Assembly (NCBI GenBank): GCA_964016885.1 | Contig: OZ024740.1 | Coordinates: 325,686,001-325,750,000 of the forward strand | DNA length: 64,000 bases | DNA from: Eledone cirrhosa | Taxonomy: Eukaryota | Direction of reading: 5' to 3' | Shown: piece by piece, positions 51,301 to 64,000 of the stretch | Numbering within the stretch: position 1 is the stretch's first letter | How the letters are laid out: each line of letters starts with the position of its first letter | The notes under the pieces: generated by a model | The model's database searches: none | Seen by the model: only the letters and a program-made list of their open reading frames with translations | What the model was told of the DNA's origin: nothing | Made by a program: the position numbers and the translations under genes

Positions 51301-51769
51301 GTAAGTATTTCTTTAACACTAATTCCATTATCTACTTTTCAAACAAAGAGCTGACTTTTAGTTATTCTATTACTCAATATATACTATCGTATTTTCATGG
51401 TAAAGGCTTTATTTCACATATCAAATCTATAAGATTTTGATATTATTTATTTTGAGAACAATACTTTAACATGAGTAGCAAGTTACAGCCGGTTTGAATA
51501 GAAAGAAGTGAGAGAATTCTGGCCGGTTACAGCCGGTTTAAATGCTAAAGGTTTAAAGAGTTTGCTTCACAACTATGCAATTCTGAGTTCAGTTCTACTG
51601 CATGGTGGTACCTGGAACAATTGCCTTCAACAATATCCTTGAGTTGTTCAATTCTTTGTTAATAAAATTTGCTAGATAGAAACTGCAGAAGCCTGTTATA
51701 TATATAATCATCATCATTTAACTGAGAAGACAACTAAATGAAGGTTTTAAGCATGCTGATGCAGAGTGC

Positions 51770-52545
51770 ACTCTGTGTAAAATGCAGGACACCTGGAGGT
51801 CAAATCTTGCAGCAGAGATGTAGACCGCTGCTGATTCAAAAAAGAGCAAAGCGCTCTACAGCCTAGTAAAGCAAGCTTTTGGGCCCCATAAGACAAGAAA
51901 CACACTTCTGAGGGCAAAAGATGGCAATGGTGTACACACAATTATGGACAAAATTACCAGTGCATGGAAAAACCACTTTTCAGAACCCCTGAACTGTGAC
52001 TCTAATGTGTGTGCTGCAGTTTTAGATACTATAGATCAGCATCTCATAGTCTATGCAATGGATGTGCCACCCTCCCTGGAAGAGGTACATAACTCCATTG
52101 CTAAGATAAAGCTTGGAAAAGCAGCTTGACAAGACCAACACTCTTCACTGAGATTTTTTGGTTTAGACCACTTGACCAATGTCATGCATAGTGTTATTTC
52201 GGATGGCTGGAGAAGTCCCAAAGGAGTGGAGAAATGCTATTATTATTCCTCTGTACAGGGGCAAAGGTGCTCATGAAATTTGTGGACACAAGAGAGGTAC
52301 ACCTCTTATATGCACAGCCAGAAAGATCTTGTCTGGTGTAATCCTATCCAGACTAAGCTCCTATATCTCTGTTAGGGTTCTTCCAAGCCAGTGTTTATAT
52401 CAGGTCCGAGCCAGTTTCACAAAGGCCTTTGATACAGTCAATAGAGAAGCACTCTGGGTTATTCTTGGAAAGCTGGGCTGTCCCTAACACGTTGCCAACT
52501 TGATCAAGTCCTTCCAAGAGGCTTCCTGCCAGTTAGTTTTGCCCG
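51770..52545 (+). mobile_element. Old RTE (BovB-like) RT fragment
   Basis: VPKEWRNAIIIPLYRGKG and FTKAFDTVNREALWVILGKLGCP. Confidence 0.75.
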
Positions 52546-52654
52546 GAAGGTAGTAAACACGTGTGCGTGTACAAATAAAATAGAAATCAAATATTATTTG
52601 ATAAAGCTGAAGTATGAAATATATTAATTTAATTTTTCTCTTTTTCTTTTGCAG

Positions 52655-52694
52655 AGCAGTATATATGAACATTATTTCCGTGTTGAAGAATTTT
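52655..52694 (+). CDS. Mcr/CD109-like TEP coding exon 7 (SSIYEHYFRVEEF)
   Basis: Polypyrimidine-gcag/gtaagt, phase 0->1; F.VEE(Y/F) motif. Confidence 0.92.
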
Positions 52695-53836
52695 GTAAGT
52701 TGACTCAAATATTTATTATTTCCATCATCAATATTTGGAGAATAGAGCCAGCAATGTCTGGAATGAGATGGCTGGGTCATGTGTTCAGGAAGGGTGAAAG
52801 TGTTTTAGTGAGAGGTTGAGGAAAATAGAGCCAGTGATGAACGTTGTGAAGGGAAATGAAATATGGCTCGGGCATACGTTGATGAAGGATGAAAGTGAGT
52901 GGGTGAGTGGATTAATAGAAATGAATGTGGAATGGAGTAGATGGAGAAGACCTAGAAAGACAAGGCTAAAGATGATAGCGGAGGAAGCAAAAACCAGTGG
53001 ATTGTTGAGAAGGAATGAAGAAGATAGAGTAAAAAGCTTGTATTAGAAAAATACCCTTAAAATGCTACTTGTTTTTGTCATATATATATATATATTAATT
53101 TCATGCTTAATATAGTAGTAAAGGTTTTAACGTTTTGGACACTAGTCCTCCATTGAAAAATAGAATGAGAAATTAAAGAAGAAATAGAAAAATAGTGGAT
53201 GGTGAGCAGGGGCAGAAATGGAAAAAATTTCTTTGAACTTAACTTCGTTTGTTGTGGTGTTTTGGTTTTTTCCATTTACTTTTCACACACACACACACAC
53301 ACGCACACACACATATTAAGGAAAATGATGAAGTTAGTTTTTTATTGTGTATTGACCTGTTACACACATTTCGCCAAAGATTGGCTCAAGGTCACCCATA
53401 GAAGTTATGGACCCAACTCCATTATCGATCAACTCATAAAATTCATATATATATATATATATATAACTTTTTAGCATTTACATTACTCTATATTTAATAT
53501 TGCATTTTTACAGTAAACACTTTATTTCATATAATTATCTCACAATATCTAATCTATGAGATTTTGATATTATTTATTTTGAGAACAATATCTTCACATA
53601 AGTATGAGCAGCCGGTTATGGCTTGTTTGAACCGAAATGAATGAGAAAATTCTGGCCAGATATGGCCGGTTTAAATTCTAAAGGGTTAAACACATGAATA
53701 TATGTAAACACGTCTTATTGTACTTCAGCTGCTTAGTGCCTGATTTACTATAGATATATGCATGTATATTCTACATAAGCATATTGTATATGTTTCAATA
53801 TATGTTTCTATTATGGTCTGCTTTGTTCAATTCTAG

Positions 53837-53921
53837 GGACCCCCCGTTTTGATGTCAATGTGACTGTGTCCCCATATTTTATGGATGATGTTGATTCAAT
53901 TGGTGGTGTTGTTATGGCCAA
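53837..53921 (+). CDS. Mcr/CD109-like TEP coding exon 8 (WTPRFDVNVTVSPYFMDDVDSIGGVVMA)
   Basis: ttctag/gtaagt, phase 1->2; PRF(E/D)VNVT MG3 motif. Confidence 0.92.
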
Positions 53922-53931
53922 GTAAGTCAAT

Positions 53932-54364
53932 AATAATTGTTTCTACTTTTGGCACAAGGCCAGCAATTATTCCAGTGTATTACTGGTACTTTATTTTATC
54001 GCCCTCGTAAGAATGAAAGGCAAAGTTAACCTCGGCAGGATATAAACTCAGACCATAAAGGGCTGTAACTCTTTGCTGCAAAGCATGGCGTCCGACCCTC
54101 TACCGATACTGCCAATCCACTGCCCTAAGTCAATAATAATAATGATTTCTGATTTAGGCACAAGGCCAACAATTTTGGGGGTGGGGAAAGTCGATTAAAT
54201 CGACTCCAGTGCAGTGCATTACTGGTGCTTTATTTATCAACCCCATAAGGATGAAAGGTAAAGCCAGCCTCGGTGGAATTTGAACTCATACTGTAAAGGA
54301 CCATCACTCTATACTGCAAAGTGTGGTGTTCGACGCTCTACCGATACTGCCAATCCACCGCCCT
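53932..54364 (-). mobile_element. Two tandem Deu/Nin-type SINEs
   Basis: Two copies (53932-54125, 54143-54364) of the family at 24697. Confidence 0.85.
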
Positions 54365-56281
54365 ATAATAATAATAATAATAATTGGTATTGTTATACTT
54401 TTGGAGGGTCATGCTGACAATAAAAGCACATGCACCTGTTGGTTTTCACTTCAATTTATTATAAATTTCCGGTTGGCTGGCTGGTTCGATAACTGGATGG
54501 TTGTTATATACTGTCAAGCTCTTTTGTCACATATTCTGCGATCTCCTCAGTGACTGGTTTTTGTTTAGTATCTCTCCTTTGTTCTGTTCTACACCATGCC
54601 AAATATGGAATGTGATGTGCAAGATTGGTCACTCCAACCTATCTGGACACCCAGCATGGAAAATGGATATAATATGATGATGAAAATCATTATCATTTTA
54701 TGTCTGTGGTGAGAAACCGAGGGCTACAGTGTTTGGCAATTGAACAGATATAATGGAAGGTTTGAGAAGATTCTATAGAAATCAAAACTATCACTTATAA
54801 ATAATAATTTCTAAAAATTTTTAAATTAGGCACTAGGCCAGCAATTTTTAGTGGGAGTGCAAAGTCAAATCAACCCTAGTACTTGACCAATATTTTATTT
54901 TATTGATCTCCAGAAGGATGAAAGGCAAAGTTGACCTTCGTGGAATTTGAACTCAGACTATAAAGAGACAACAAATACTGCTAATGATTCTGCTATTCCA
55001 CACATCATCATCTATCTGTTTTTTTTCCTGCTAGCTAGAATTAGACGGGTCAGTCATGACCAAGTCATTACTTAATCAGAACTCCTGATCTCTTATACTG
55101 GCCAGGGGCAGCACCTATTTGCATTTCTGCCATTTACAGTGTGTACTGGAAGCATCTTATCATGGCACCAAAACTAGAGTGATTGTTGTGTGCTTGACAC
55201 AACTGAAAAATCTTCACAACTCTTTGGCAATTTTTTTTTTATGACTGGCTGTCCTTCCTAACACCAACCACTTTACAGGGTGTACTAGGTGCATTTTTCA
55301 TTGCACCAGCACTTGAGAGTTTGTCATGTCTATGATTTGACTGTAGGGTCTTCTCAACCCTTTTTATGTACGGTCTCTTCTTTTCACTAACCACTTAGTT
55401 TTGATTTATATATATACTTGCTGCAGTACCCGGAAATACCCGGGAAAGGTGTGGTTATTCTCAGTTCCCAGAGTGCGCCTGAAAATACTAGTGACCCTGG
55501 GTGCCCATACTGGATTTTCAATAGCAACCTTTGCTAGGTGTGTTTATAGCAGATCAGTTTTTTGTGTGGAACTATCAATAGCTGTTTAAGTCATAAGTCC
55601 TTCTTCCATCCAGCTTTCTTCATTCAGAGTGAATAAGACGGTGTAGTTTGAGCTCGAAGAGTATCAAACTTATTCAACAAACTTATGTATAAGAATAGCA
55701 AACTTACTGCCTTAGCGCTCAAGAACAAACACTGAACAATTGAGGAAGTCATCACAATTATTGAAGAAATTATAACCAAATGAACATATTCAGGTACTGT
55801 TCAAGCACCCTGTATATCACCATTTGTAAAGCCCTTCAAATGACTGAAGCAATTCAATAAAACCATCCCGTTTTCACCCTATAGTAGACATAACTCGAGA
55901 AAACACACCATAATAAGTCAGATAAACAATCAGAAGTGTTGGCCCTAAAGAGGGCCTTGTAACGTTCACTGTTGTAAAGTGTCAATAATGGGGTAGAAGT
56001 TACATCTTCTTAATTTGTGTTAATCTTCCCACGATCCGACACCTCAAAATATTGACAAAGTAAACTCTATTCTCAAAGACAGCATGTTACAATTAACATG
56101 CCCCAGGAGTACGAATATTCATCAACATAGGATTTGTGTTTTATTCTTCAGACTAATCTCATGGTAAGCCAACTTCCAGGTCATTGATCATCACACTTTT
56201 TTGTAACTTATCACCAATTCCTGCAGTTGACCTTAATGTGACCTAAACATGTGCACATGTTCAGAATCCATATCAGTGGAT

Positions 56282-56322
<41 letters not shown>

Positions 56323-56405
56323 ATATAATATAATATAGAAATGGCTTCTACATGACTAGAACTGTTTCATTCGGGAGAATGAAACAGTATATATATATGG
56401 ATGCA

Positions 56406-56741
56406 CATGGCTGCTTAGTGGTTAGAGCATTGGCCTTGCAATCGAAAGGTTGTGAGTTCAATTCTCAGACCGGATGATGTGTTGTTTCCTTGAGCAAGAC
56501 ACTTTATTTCACATTGCTCCAGTTTACTCAGCTGTATAAATGAGATGATAGGGACTGGTGTCCCTATCATTCCACTGCAAAGTGGTCGTGGAGGTACCAT
56601 GGCAAAAAAAAAGCACCCAGCACTCACTGTAAATGAGGTTGGTGTTAGGAAGGGCATCCAGCTGTAGAAATCAAGCCAGAATCAGTTCCCGTCCCACCCT
56701 TGCAAGCAGGGAAAAGCGGACGTAAAATGATGATGATGATA
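56406..56741 (+). mobile_element. tRNA-headed SINE with CORE/Meta-like body fused to an RTE-type tail
   Basis: A-box tggct.cttagtgg, B-box gagttcaattc, gtgttgtttccttgagcaagacactt, then gttaggaagggcatccagc...(GAT)n; the tail closely matches 40040-40260. Confidence 0.75.
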
Positions 56742-56805
56742 CTATATAAATGACAATTTCTGTCTGTGTACAGTGTATAACCAGTTGGCACCTACACCAG
56801 TAGTT

Positions 56806-56861
<56 letters not shown>

Positions 56862-57289
56862 TATATATATATCATCATCATCATCAATGTCTATCTTCCA
56901 TGTTAGCATGGGTTAGACAGGTCCTATTTAGAGACAAGTTGTCGGGTGACCATGTCTCGGTCATATAGGGATGTTTCTGGCTGGTTTTCTGTGGCTGGAT
57001 ACCCTTCCTAAAGCCAACCACATTTACACATCCACTTTACAGTGTGGGCTGGGTACTTTTTGCCGTGTCTTTTACATGTCCACTTTATAGTGTGGGCTGG
57101 GGGGTAGGTTGGGTGGGTGTTGGGGGCAGGGCATGTTGTACAAGCTTGTGCTTGTGGGAAGTTGGGTCTTCTGTGTATATAAATGAAAAGGTCGACAAAA
57201 ATGATGATATATGTGTGTATGTGTGTATGTGTGTTTGTATGCATTTTTGTATGTATTTATCTCTCTCTCTCTCTCTATATATATATATA

Positions 57290-58557
57290 CAGGGTGTGGA
57301 TGATATTTGTTCGCAATTTTCAACTGCTAATTTTATGCAAATTTTTTTTACTTCCATTGTCACTCTTGTCTTCATAAAAACAGTGACTATATTTCCATTA
57401 TTTATTTTCAGAATAATTGATTATGAATAATTTTGAACTGCCAAATTTGTGGAAGAGACACGGAGTTCTTCTTGGAATCCGCGCCGGGAGGACAAATAAG
57501 GAAATTTCAGACTTTCTCAGCGTCAGCAGGAGAATGGTGGAAAAGGTCAGAAAGGAATTGGAAGATTCAGGATTCAACTACGAAGCAACATCAGAGAGGA
57601 AAACACATGATCGACGATCTGACGCCATCAGAACACCCGAGTTTGTCGCTGAAGTTCAGGATATCATCAACAATGAACCTAGCAAGTCGTGGATAAAAAG
57701 CTCATTAGGCTGGTGGTACATGAAGACATTCGCTACGTTTCATACAAGATTAGGAAAGGACAATTTCTGTCAAAGGCGATGCAAGAAAAGCGACTGAAGC
57801 ACGCAAAGAAGCTGATCAACAAGTTGAAACACCCATTGGAGCCAGACATGCCGTGGTTTTTCTCCAACGAGAAAAACTTCTGCTAAGACCAGAAGATCAA
57901 CTCCCAGAACAACAGGTGGCTCGCTGTCTCATCCAAAGACGTGCCCAGAGTCATGCAGACAAAGTTTCCAGCGATAACATTTGTCTTAGGTGTCGTCAGC
58001 AGTCAAGGTGACATCATGCCACTTCACTTCTTCTCTGAGGGCCTCAAGCTGAACACCAATGGCTACATCCGTGTTCTGAGCGAGGTAGTAAAGCCCTGGA
58101 TCGACCAGGTAGCTGCAGGTAGGCCGTACGTGTGGCAGCAAGACTCAGTGCCTTGCCATACCAGCCGAAAGACCCAAGCCTGGGTGTCAGAGAACTTCGA
58201 CAACCACACTTCACCTGACATCTGGCCTCCCAGCTCGCCTGACTGCAACCCCCTTGACTTCTTTGTGTGGGGTGCAGTGGAACGATACACCAACAGATCT
58301 AGCTGCAATACGAAAGACGATCTGAAGGCCAGGATCCCAAGTGCCTTTAGGGGCCTAAGTCGGGGAACAATGACAAAGACCTGTAGCCGGTTCCGAGGCC
58401 GTCATCAGAGCCAATGGCGGGTTTATCGAGTGAGATCGAAAGAACAAGTGATGAAGACAAACTGACCCAAGTTTGATAAATATATCTTAAAAAATAAAAC
58501 TACTGCGTTATTTTTTCCTAGACAGTAATCTTGCGAACAAATATCGTCCACACCCTG
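57290..58557 (+). mobile_element. Complete DD37D/maT (Tc1/mariner) transposon, transposase pseudogenised
   Basis: 27-bp TIRs CAGGGTGTGGATGATATTTGTTCGCAA / TTGCGAACAAATATCGTCCACACCCTG; left TA; motifs FS(N)EKNF, QQDSVPCH, WPPSSPDCNPLD with 37 residues between the 2nd and 3rd D; frameshifts and stop at 57884-57886. Confidence 0.92.
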
Positions 58558-58564
58558 AATATGT

Positions 58565-58674
58565 AATTTGTTTTATTTCTTTCCAGGCTATGCTAAGTAA
58601 CAATTTAGTGTATATATACATACAAATACACTAGATTGTTACTCAGCATATCCTAGAAAGAAATAAAGAAAATT
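58565..58674. repeat. ~48-bp-arm inverted duplication around a TA/CA core
   Basis: ttatttctttccaggctatgctaagtaacaatttagtgtat ... atacactagattgttactcagcatatcctagaaagaaataa. Confidence 0.85.
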
Positions 58675-58768
58675 TATATATATATATATATATATGTATA
58701 GTATATTTATCTCTATACATGTATAGTGTTGCCTAATATAACATGATATAAATCTTATTAAATTTCAG

Positions 58769-58895
58769 TCACACCAGTGGGAAGGCTACAATTGGCTCTG
58801 CTACCATCAAACTGACCATTGTTCCACCATATCAAACATACAAGTACAATAAAACCAATGACCATTTACCGTATTTAATGAAAAACATAGAATAT
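58769..58895 (+). CDS. Mcr/CD109-like TEP coding exon 9 (NHTSGKATIGSATIKLTIVPPYQTY...KNIEY); gene continues beyond window
   Basis: tttcag/gtaagt, phase 2->0; MAN.TSG motif as in Mcr-type TEPs. Confidence 0.9.
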
Positions 58896-60319
58896 GTAAG
58901 TATAGACAATATTCTGTTTTAACCCATTCATGACTGTTTCTAATGAAAATCATTGCCTAGGATGTTCAAATATATTTGAAAATAAATAGAATTGGAGGAA
59001 TTTAGTAATATAATTAAGTTTCTGACTATTAATCTAGATTTGGAACAGAACAAAGATTCTTACATAAAATTCATCATCATCATCATCTTACGTCCATTCT
59101 TCCACGCTAGCATGGGTTAGACGAGTTGTCTTGTGGGTAATGTTAGGTCAGGTGACCATGTCTTGCTCATTCAGAACTGATTTTGGCTTGGTTTCTACTG
59201 CGGGATGCCTTTCCTAATGTCAACCTCATTTACAGTGAGTACTGGGTGCTTTTTGTCAGAACGCCTACACGACCACTTTACAGAGTGGACTGGCTGCTTT
59301 TTGCTGTGACACCAACATGACCACTTAGTGTGGGTTGGACGACCACCTTACAGTGTAGGCTGGACGACCATTATACTGTGTGAGCTGGGTGCTTTTTGTC
59401 ATGACACCTACATGACCACTTTACAGTGTGGGCTGGACATGGAAGGTTTTTAGATAAAATAAACACCCTTTCATTTTCATATTTCTAATAAAAGACAATG
59501 TGCTGAGGATTTTCATATAATTTTGAAAATCAAGAACTTTGCATGGATTTAGTAATATATCTTGACCAAACAAAATATAATATTTTCACCAAAAGCTGCC
59601 CTTTAAACACATGTCAGATGGATTACAATATTCATTATTACAATTACTCTGACTGTTCCCTGACAATTAGTACCAGCTTCAACATAGAATTATTTTAACG
59701 AAGTATATTTAATTTGACTTGATTTTCCCAATAAACCAAGTGTGGACATGGACGGGGAAAAAGGAAAAAAAACAAATCACTACATCCCTTAGGGATCGCA
59801 GTAAGTACTCCACAAAACATATAAACAACAATATACACACAGATTTATATACAGATATATACCATATGCATATACACACACGGGAAAAGAAACCACACTA
59901 TTTCGTGTGAGACACTATACTGGCCAATCTTACGTACATTGGTAAAATATCTCTGAACATTGACTTCGCTTCTAACCACATACACCTTTTAATTATATAT
60001 ATATACTAGCAGCTGAAAGTTAATAATTTGAAAAATATTATTGAAAGTTTATTATAAAGAAGCAGTATCAGGAAAAAAACGTTATTTCGCTGTTAATAAA
60101 CAACTGCCTTCTACAGTACGTTTCATTTAACTTACGCAGCATATTTATTTGTCTACATGCACAGACTCTTCTGTACACACACACAACATTTAGGAAAACG
60201 GAAACAAAATACACAAAAAAACAAAACAAAAAACAGACATTTTATTTCTATCGTAATCAAGTGCGCTAAACCTATATTGTTTGCATTGTGTTTTTCTACG
60301 GATGGGAGAAATAACAAAA

Positions 60320-63300
60320 TTGCCATGGTGATATCCATCGATGAAGTATGCGACAAAACTGGTCGATGTTCCAAAATAGAACATTGCCCAGAAAACCACA
60401 TCTGCCATATGTGCGGAACCCGAAAACTCGTTCCATAATCGCTGGGTCGAATGTGGAACCTGTTACATCTCTGTCTGCCTTCAATGCGCCACAGGCTTCC
60501 GGAGGATCCCAGGCCAAGAAAAGAGACATCATAATGCTATGATGGATGGAATATGGGAGATGGTCCAGCTAAAATCCTGGTCCTTTCAGTGCCTGGCCTG
60601 TGTGCCTGCTTCCACTAATGTTATTGAAAAACAACAACAACAAAAACCAATGACTGTATCTTCCTCTACCATTGTTACTGAACAACGGCAAAAACCTATG
60701 ACACTGGCTTCTGCTGCTATTCCTGTGGGAGAACATCAGAAACAACAACAACCCATGTCTTCCGCTCACAGTACATCTTGACACCAACAACCTGCGACTG
60801 TGTCTTCCCCTACCATTCCCGTGGAGGAACATCATCATCACCAACAACAACAACAAAACAACAACAATAACAATAACAACAGCAGCAGCAACAACAACAA
60901 CCGACCAGTACAGATTTTGCAGAATTGCAACTAATGATTTCTGCTTTAAGAAGGGAAGTAACAGGAATAAAGGCAAGCATTGGTCGACCTGGTCCAAAAC
61001 CCAGACTCATCAGGCTGTCTTTTTCGGACCCCGCTGAGGCAATCTCATACCATCTGGCCTCTGTTAAAGCTGGGCGTGAAAATCGGATTACCTTCCGAAC
61101 ACGCCCAGGCCTACCACCCCATGTACGTCCAAAGCTCCGTGCTGCAGCTTCCTTGAATCAGAACTCAGCACAACATGAAAGTTTTAGTCTGCGTGATGAT
61201 GGGCAGATCTGGAGGTTTGTTAAGGCTGGTGAAATGTGGAAGAGAGATACCAGCTGGTCTGAGTGTGATCTACCCACAATAACTGGCAATGAAAAAACTG
61301 CTTCAACTCTGGGAAACTAAACCAGAACAACCTGCCACCCTCTACACATCATCATAAACTGCAAGCAGGGTACGAATTGTTGTCCTTAAATGCTCGCAGT
61401 TTATGCAACAAGATACATCTGTTTGACTCCTACGTCAGAAGCATCGACCCTGACTTCATCACAGTCACGGAAACATGGGCACATTCCTTACTCTGTGATG
61501 GCGTTTTCAGCATTACTGGGTACAACCTTTTCCGCAAGGACTGCATTAATCGCCGTGGTGGTGGTGTGATGGTCTTCGTTCATTCAAACTTTTCGGTAAT
61601 TCCTTGCGTTGATTTGAACGAATCACAGGAAGAAGTTTTTTTCTGTGACATACGTATGACTATGTCAACACTTCTGCTTGGTGTTGTTTATCCCCCCCCC
61701 CCCAAACTACCATCAGATCACACAGCTTTGCGATATCCTCAGAGTTGCTGCCAAGAAAACAGCCACTTATGTGTTTATTGCAGGTGACTTCAATGATCCT
61801 GAGATTGATTGGGAAACCTTTCTGTGGCCACAAAGTGCAAACGATTTTCTTGAGCCAGTGCTGGACTCAAACTGGTCACAAGTAGTCACCTCTCCAACAA
61901 GAGGTGACAACACTTTGGACCTGATCTTCACCACTACTCCTGAAGTGGTTATCAGTTGTACTACTGAGGAACCTCTAGGCGACTCTGATCATGCTATGAT
62001 CATTGCCAATCTGACTCTTGCCGGCAGCAACAAAAACCAGAGCCATCTCCAATCTGCTTGCTTTGATTGGAAGAAAGCAGATTGGAACTTGTACTGCACT
62101 GAGCTACAGCGCCCAAACTGGCATGAGATGTATAACTCTGGAGATGTGAACACTATACTCCAGAGCATCCTGGACTCAATATGGATAGCGTGTGCAGCAT
62201 CGGTGCCACGTAAGCAGAAAAAAAAACGCCCAAAAAGTGCAATTTGGGAAACTTCAGCGGTCCGACTTGCCAGGAAAGAACGTCGGAACGCTGAATGGGA
62301 ATATAAACTGTATAAATCAGATGCCAACAGAAAAAAGCGGAATAAATCTTCTAACCATCTCAAGCAAGTGACAAAGAAGGCAGTGCTTGAATTTGAACAG
62401 TGCATAGCAACCAATCCTGACAGTAAGGTGTTCTGGAAATATGTTCATTCAAAGCAGAAATCTCACTCTCCAGTTGGTCCTCTTCTCAATCCCCACACAA
62501 GCCAGATCACTGACGATCCCAAAGAATGCGCAGAACTCATTGCTGAGTGCTATGCAAGTATTTTTACTGTTGAAAACCAGAATGTACCATCTCCACCATC
62601 AAATTCCATAACAACTATGGAATTTACACCTGCAATGTTGCGACGTCACCTTAAGAATAAGCGCAACCCTGGTCTTGATGGTGTTACATACCTGCTTCTC
62701 AAACGTGGCGGGTATTTCCTTTTGCGCCAGCTTTCTTTCTTCTTTCAATACTGTCTCAACAATGGTGCTACTCCGGGGCAGTGGAAAACTGCCAGTGTCA
62801 TTCCCCTGTTCAAAAAGGGCGACCGCACATCAGCTATCAACTATCATCCAGTCAGTCTTACTAGCTGTATGGCCAAACTGATGGAATCCTGTGTCAGAGA
62901 AACACTTTGGAACTTCTGGAGCTCTCACAGCCTCATCCGGCCCTCACAGTTTGGATTTATCCCTAACTCCAGCTGCTGTGATCAGCATATTGAGTTCCTT
63001 GAAGACATCACCCGGATCACTGACAGCGGCTCATGGGTGGATGTTGTTTACCTTGACTTTGCTAAGGCTTTTAATTCTGTGCCACACAAAAGACTTATGG
63101 CAAAACTCTCTGCAATGGGTGTGAGGGATGATCTTTTCGACTGGTTGAAATCCTTCATTCTCAGCCGAAAAGAAGTAGTCACGGTTCTAGGACAGCATTC
63201 TTCACCATCTGGTGTACCACAGGGATCTGTTCTCGGTCCCCTTTTGTTTGTGGCATATATTAATGACCTAGATGCCAACTTACAGAATGCCACGGTACTG

Positions 63301-64000
63301 AAATATGCAGATGACATCAAGCTGTACCTTGAAATCAAAAGGACTGATCCTGAAATCTACAACTCTTTCCTACAATCAGACCTGGACACAATGCATCACA
63401 GACTGGCAACTGAAGCTGGCTGTGGACAAGTGTACCACCATGCATTTTGAGAGGAAAAATCCAGCGTCCACATACTCCCTCCACAACACTGATATCAAGA
63501 AGTCCTCTTGTGAACGTGACCTGGGCATTACTGTCAGCAGCGATTTGCGTTGTACAAAGCATGTCTCTAAGATTGTCAAGAAGGCCGAGGGTCTCTTGGC
63601 ATCACTCAGCAAGACCTTTGTTAGCCGCTCTCCAGCCATCTATTTAAAACTATACAGCTATGGTACGACCACACTTGGAATTCGCATCATCAGTCTGGAA
63701 CCCCTATCTTGCTCAGAACATTGACCTCCTGGAAACTGTTCAGAGACATGCAACCAAGCGCATACCCTCCATCAGACACCTACCATACTCTGAACGCCTT
63801 GCTTCCCTGGGCATGGATTCATTGAAGCTCCGACGTCTGGCAATGGACTTGGTAAATACCCACAAAGTTATTAACCATCTCGCCAATTGCAACCCTGAGC
63901 ACCTTTTTGATCTCCATGTGTCTAACACACGTGGACATGCCTACAAAATCAGAAAACAACACAGCTCCCATGACTTTCATAGACATTTTTTCACGCTCAG
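60320..64000 (+). mobile_element. CR1-clade LINE (ORF1 with PHD-like finger; ORF2 APE endonuclease + RT), frameshifted, runs off window
   Basis: ORF1 CHMC..WVECGTC..CLQC..FQCLAC then Q/T-rich repeats; ORF2 SLNARSL, TETW, GDFN, SDH, YLDFAKAFNSVPH, GVPQGSVLGPLLF, KYADD, VRPHLEFASSVWNP; frameshifts near 61695 and 63390; 5' end approximate. Confidence 0.9.

Noticed and set aside
55415-56285. Possible Helitron-like insert between TA runs
   Set aside because: The start resembles Helitron-type ends, but no Rep/helicase motif or clear terminal hairpin could be confirmed.

Overview
AT-rich, repeat-dense animal genomic DNA. The (TA/CA)n load, the RTE LINE/SINE families with (GAT)n tails and the Deu/Nin-type SINEs suggest an octopod or other coleoid cephalopod (inference). 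Two spliced host genes can be reconstructed by hand, and both are essentially missed by the ORF track. The first is a complete 4-exon UBL4A (minus strand, CDS 21008->12752, 147 aa). The second is the first nine coding exons of a secreted alpha-2-macroglobulin/TEP-family gene most like Mcr/CD109 (plus strand, ATG 39871), which continues past the window end. The rest is mostly mobile DNA: young and old RTE LINEs carrying a PHD-type finger, a near-full-length GC-rich CRE-like RLE retrotransposon with an N-terminal PHD finger, a CR1-type LINE, a Vingi-like fragment, a complete DD37D/maT transposon, mariner fragments, TTAA MITEs, solo LTRs, SINEs and a 3.2-kb TA/CA satellite. The most unusual signals are (i) three unrelated foldback elements that each contain recognisable type-I hammerhead ribozyme folds (Penelope pLTR-like, non-coding) and (ii) a recurring (TA)n-X'-(TA)n-X architecture of inverted duplications of flanking DNA. 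All calls are by eye; no database searches were run.
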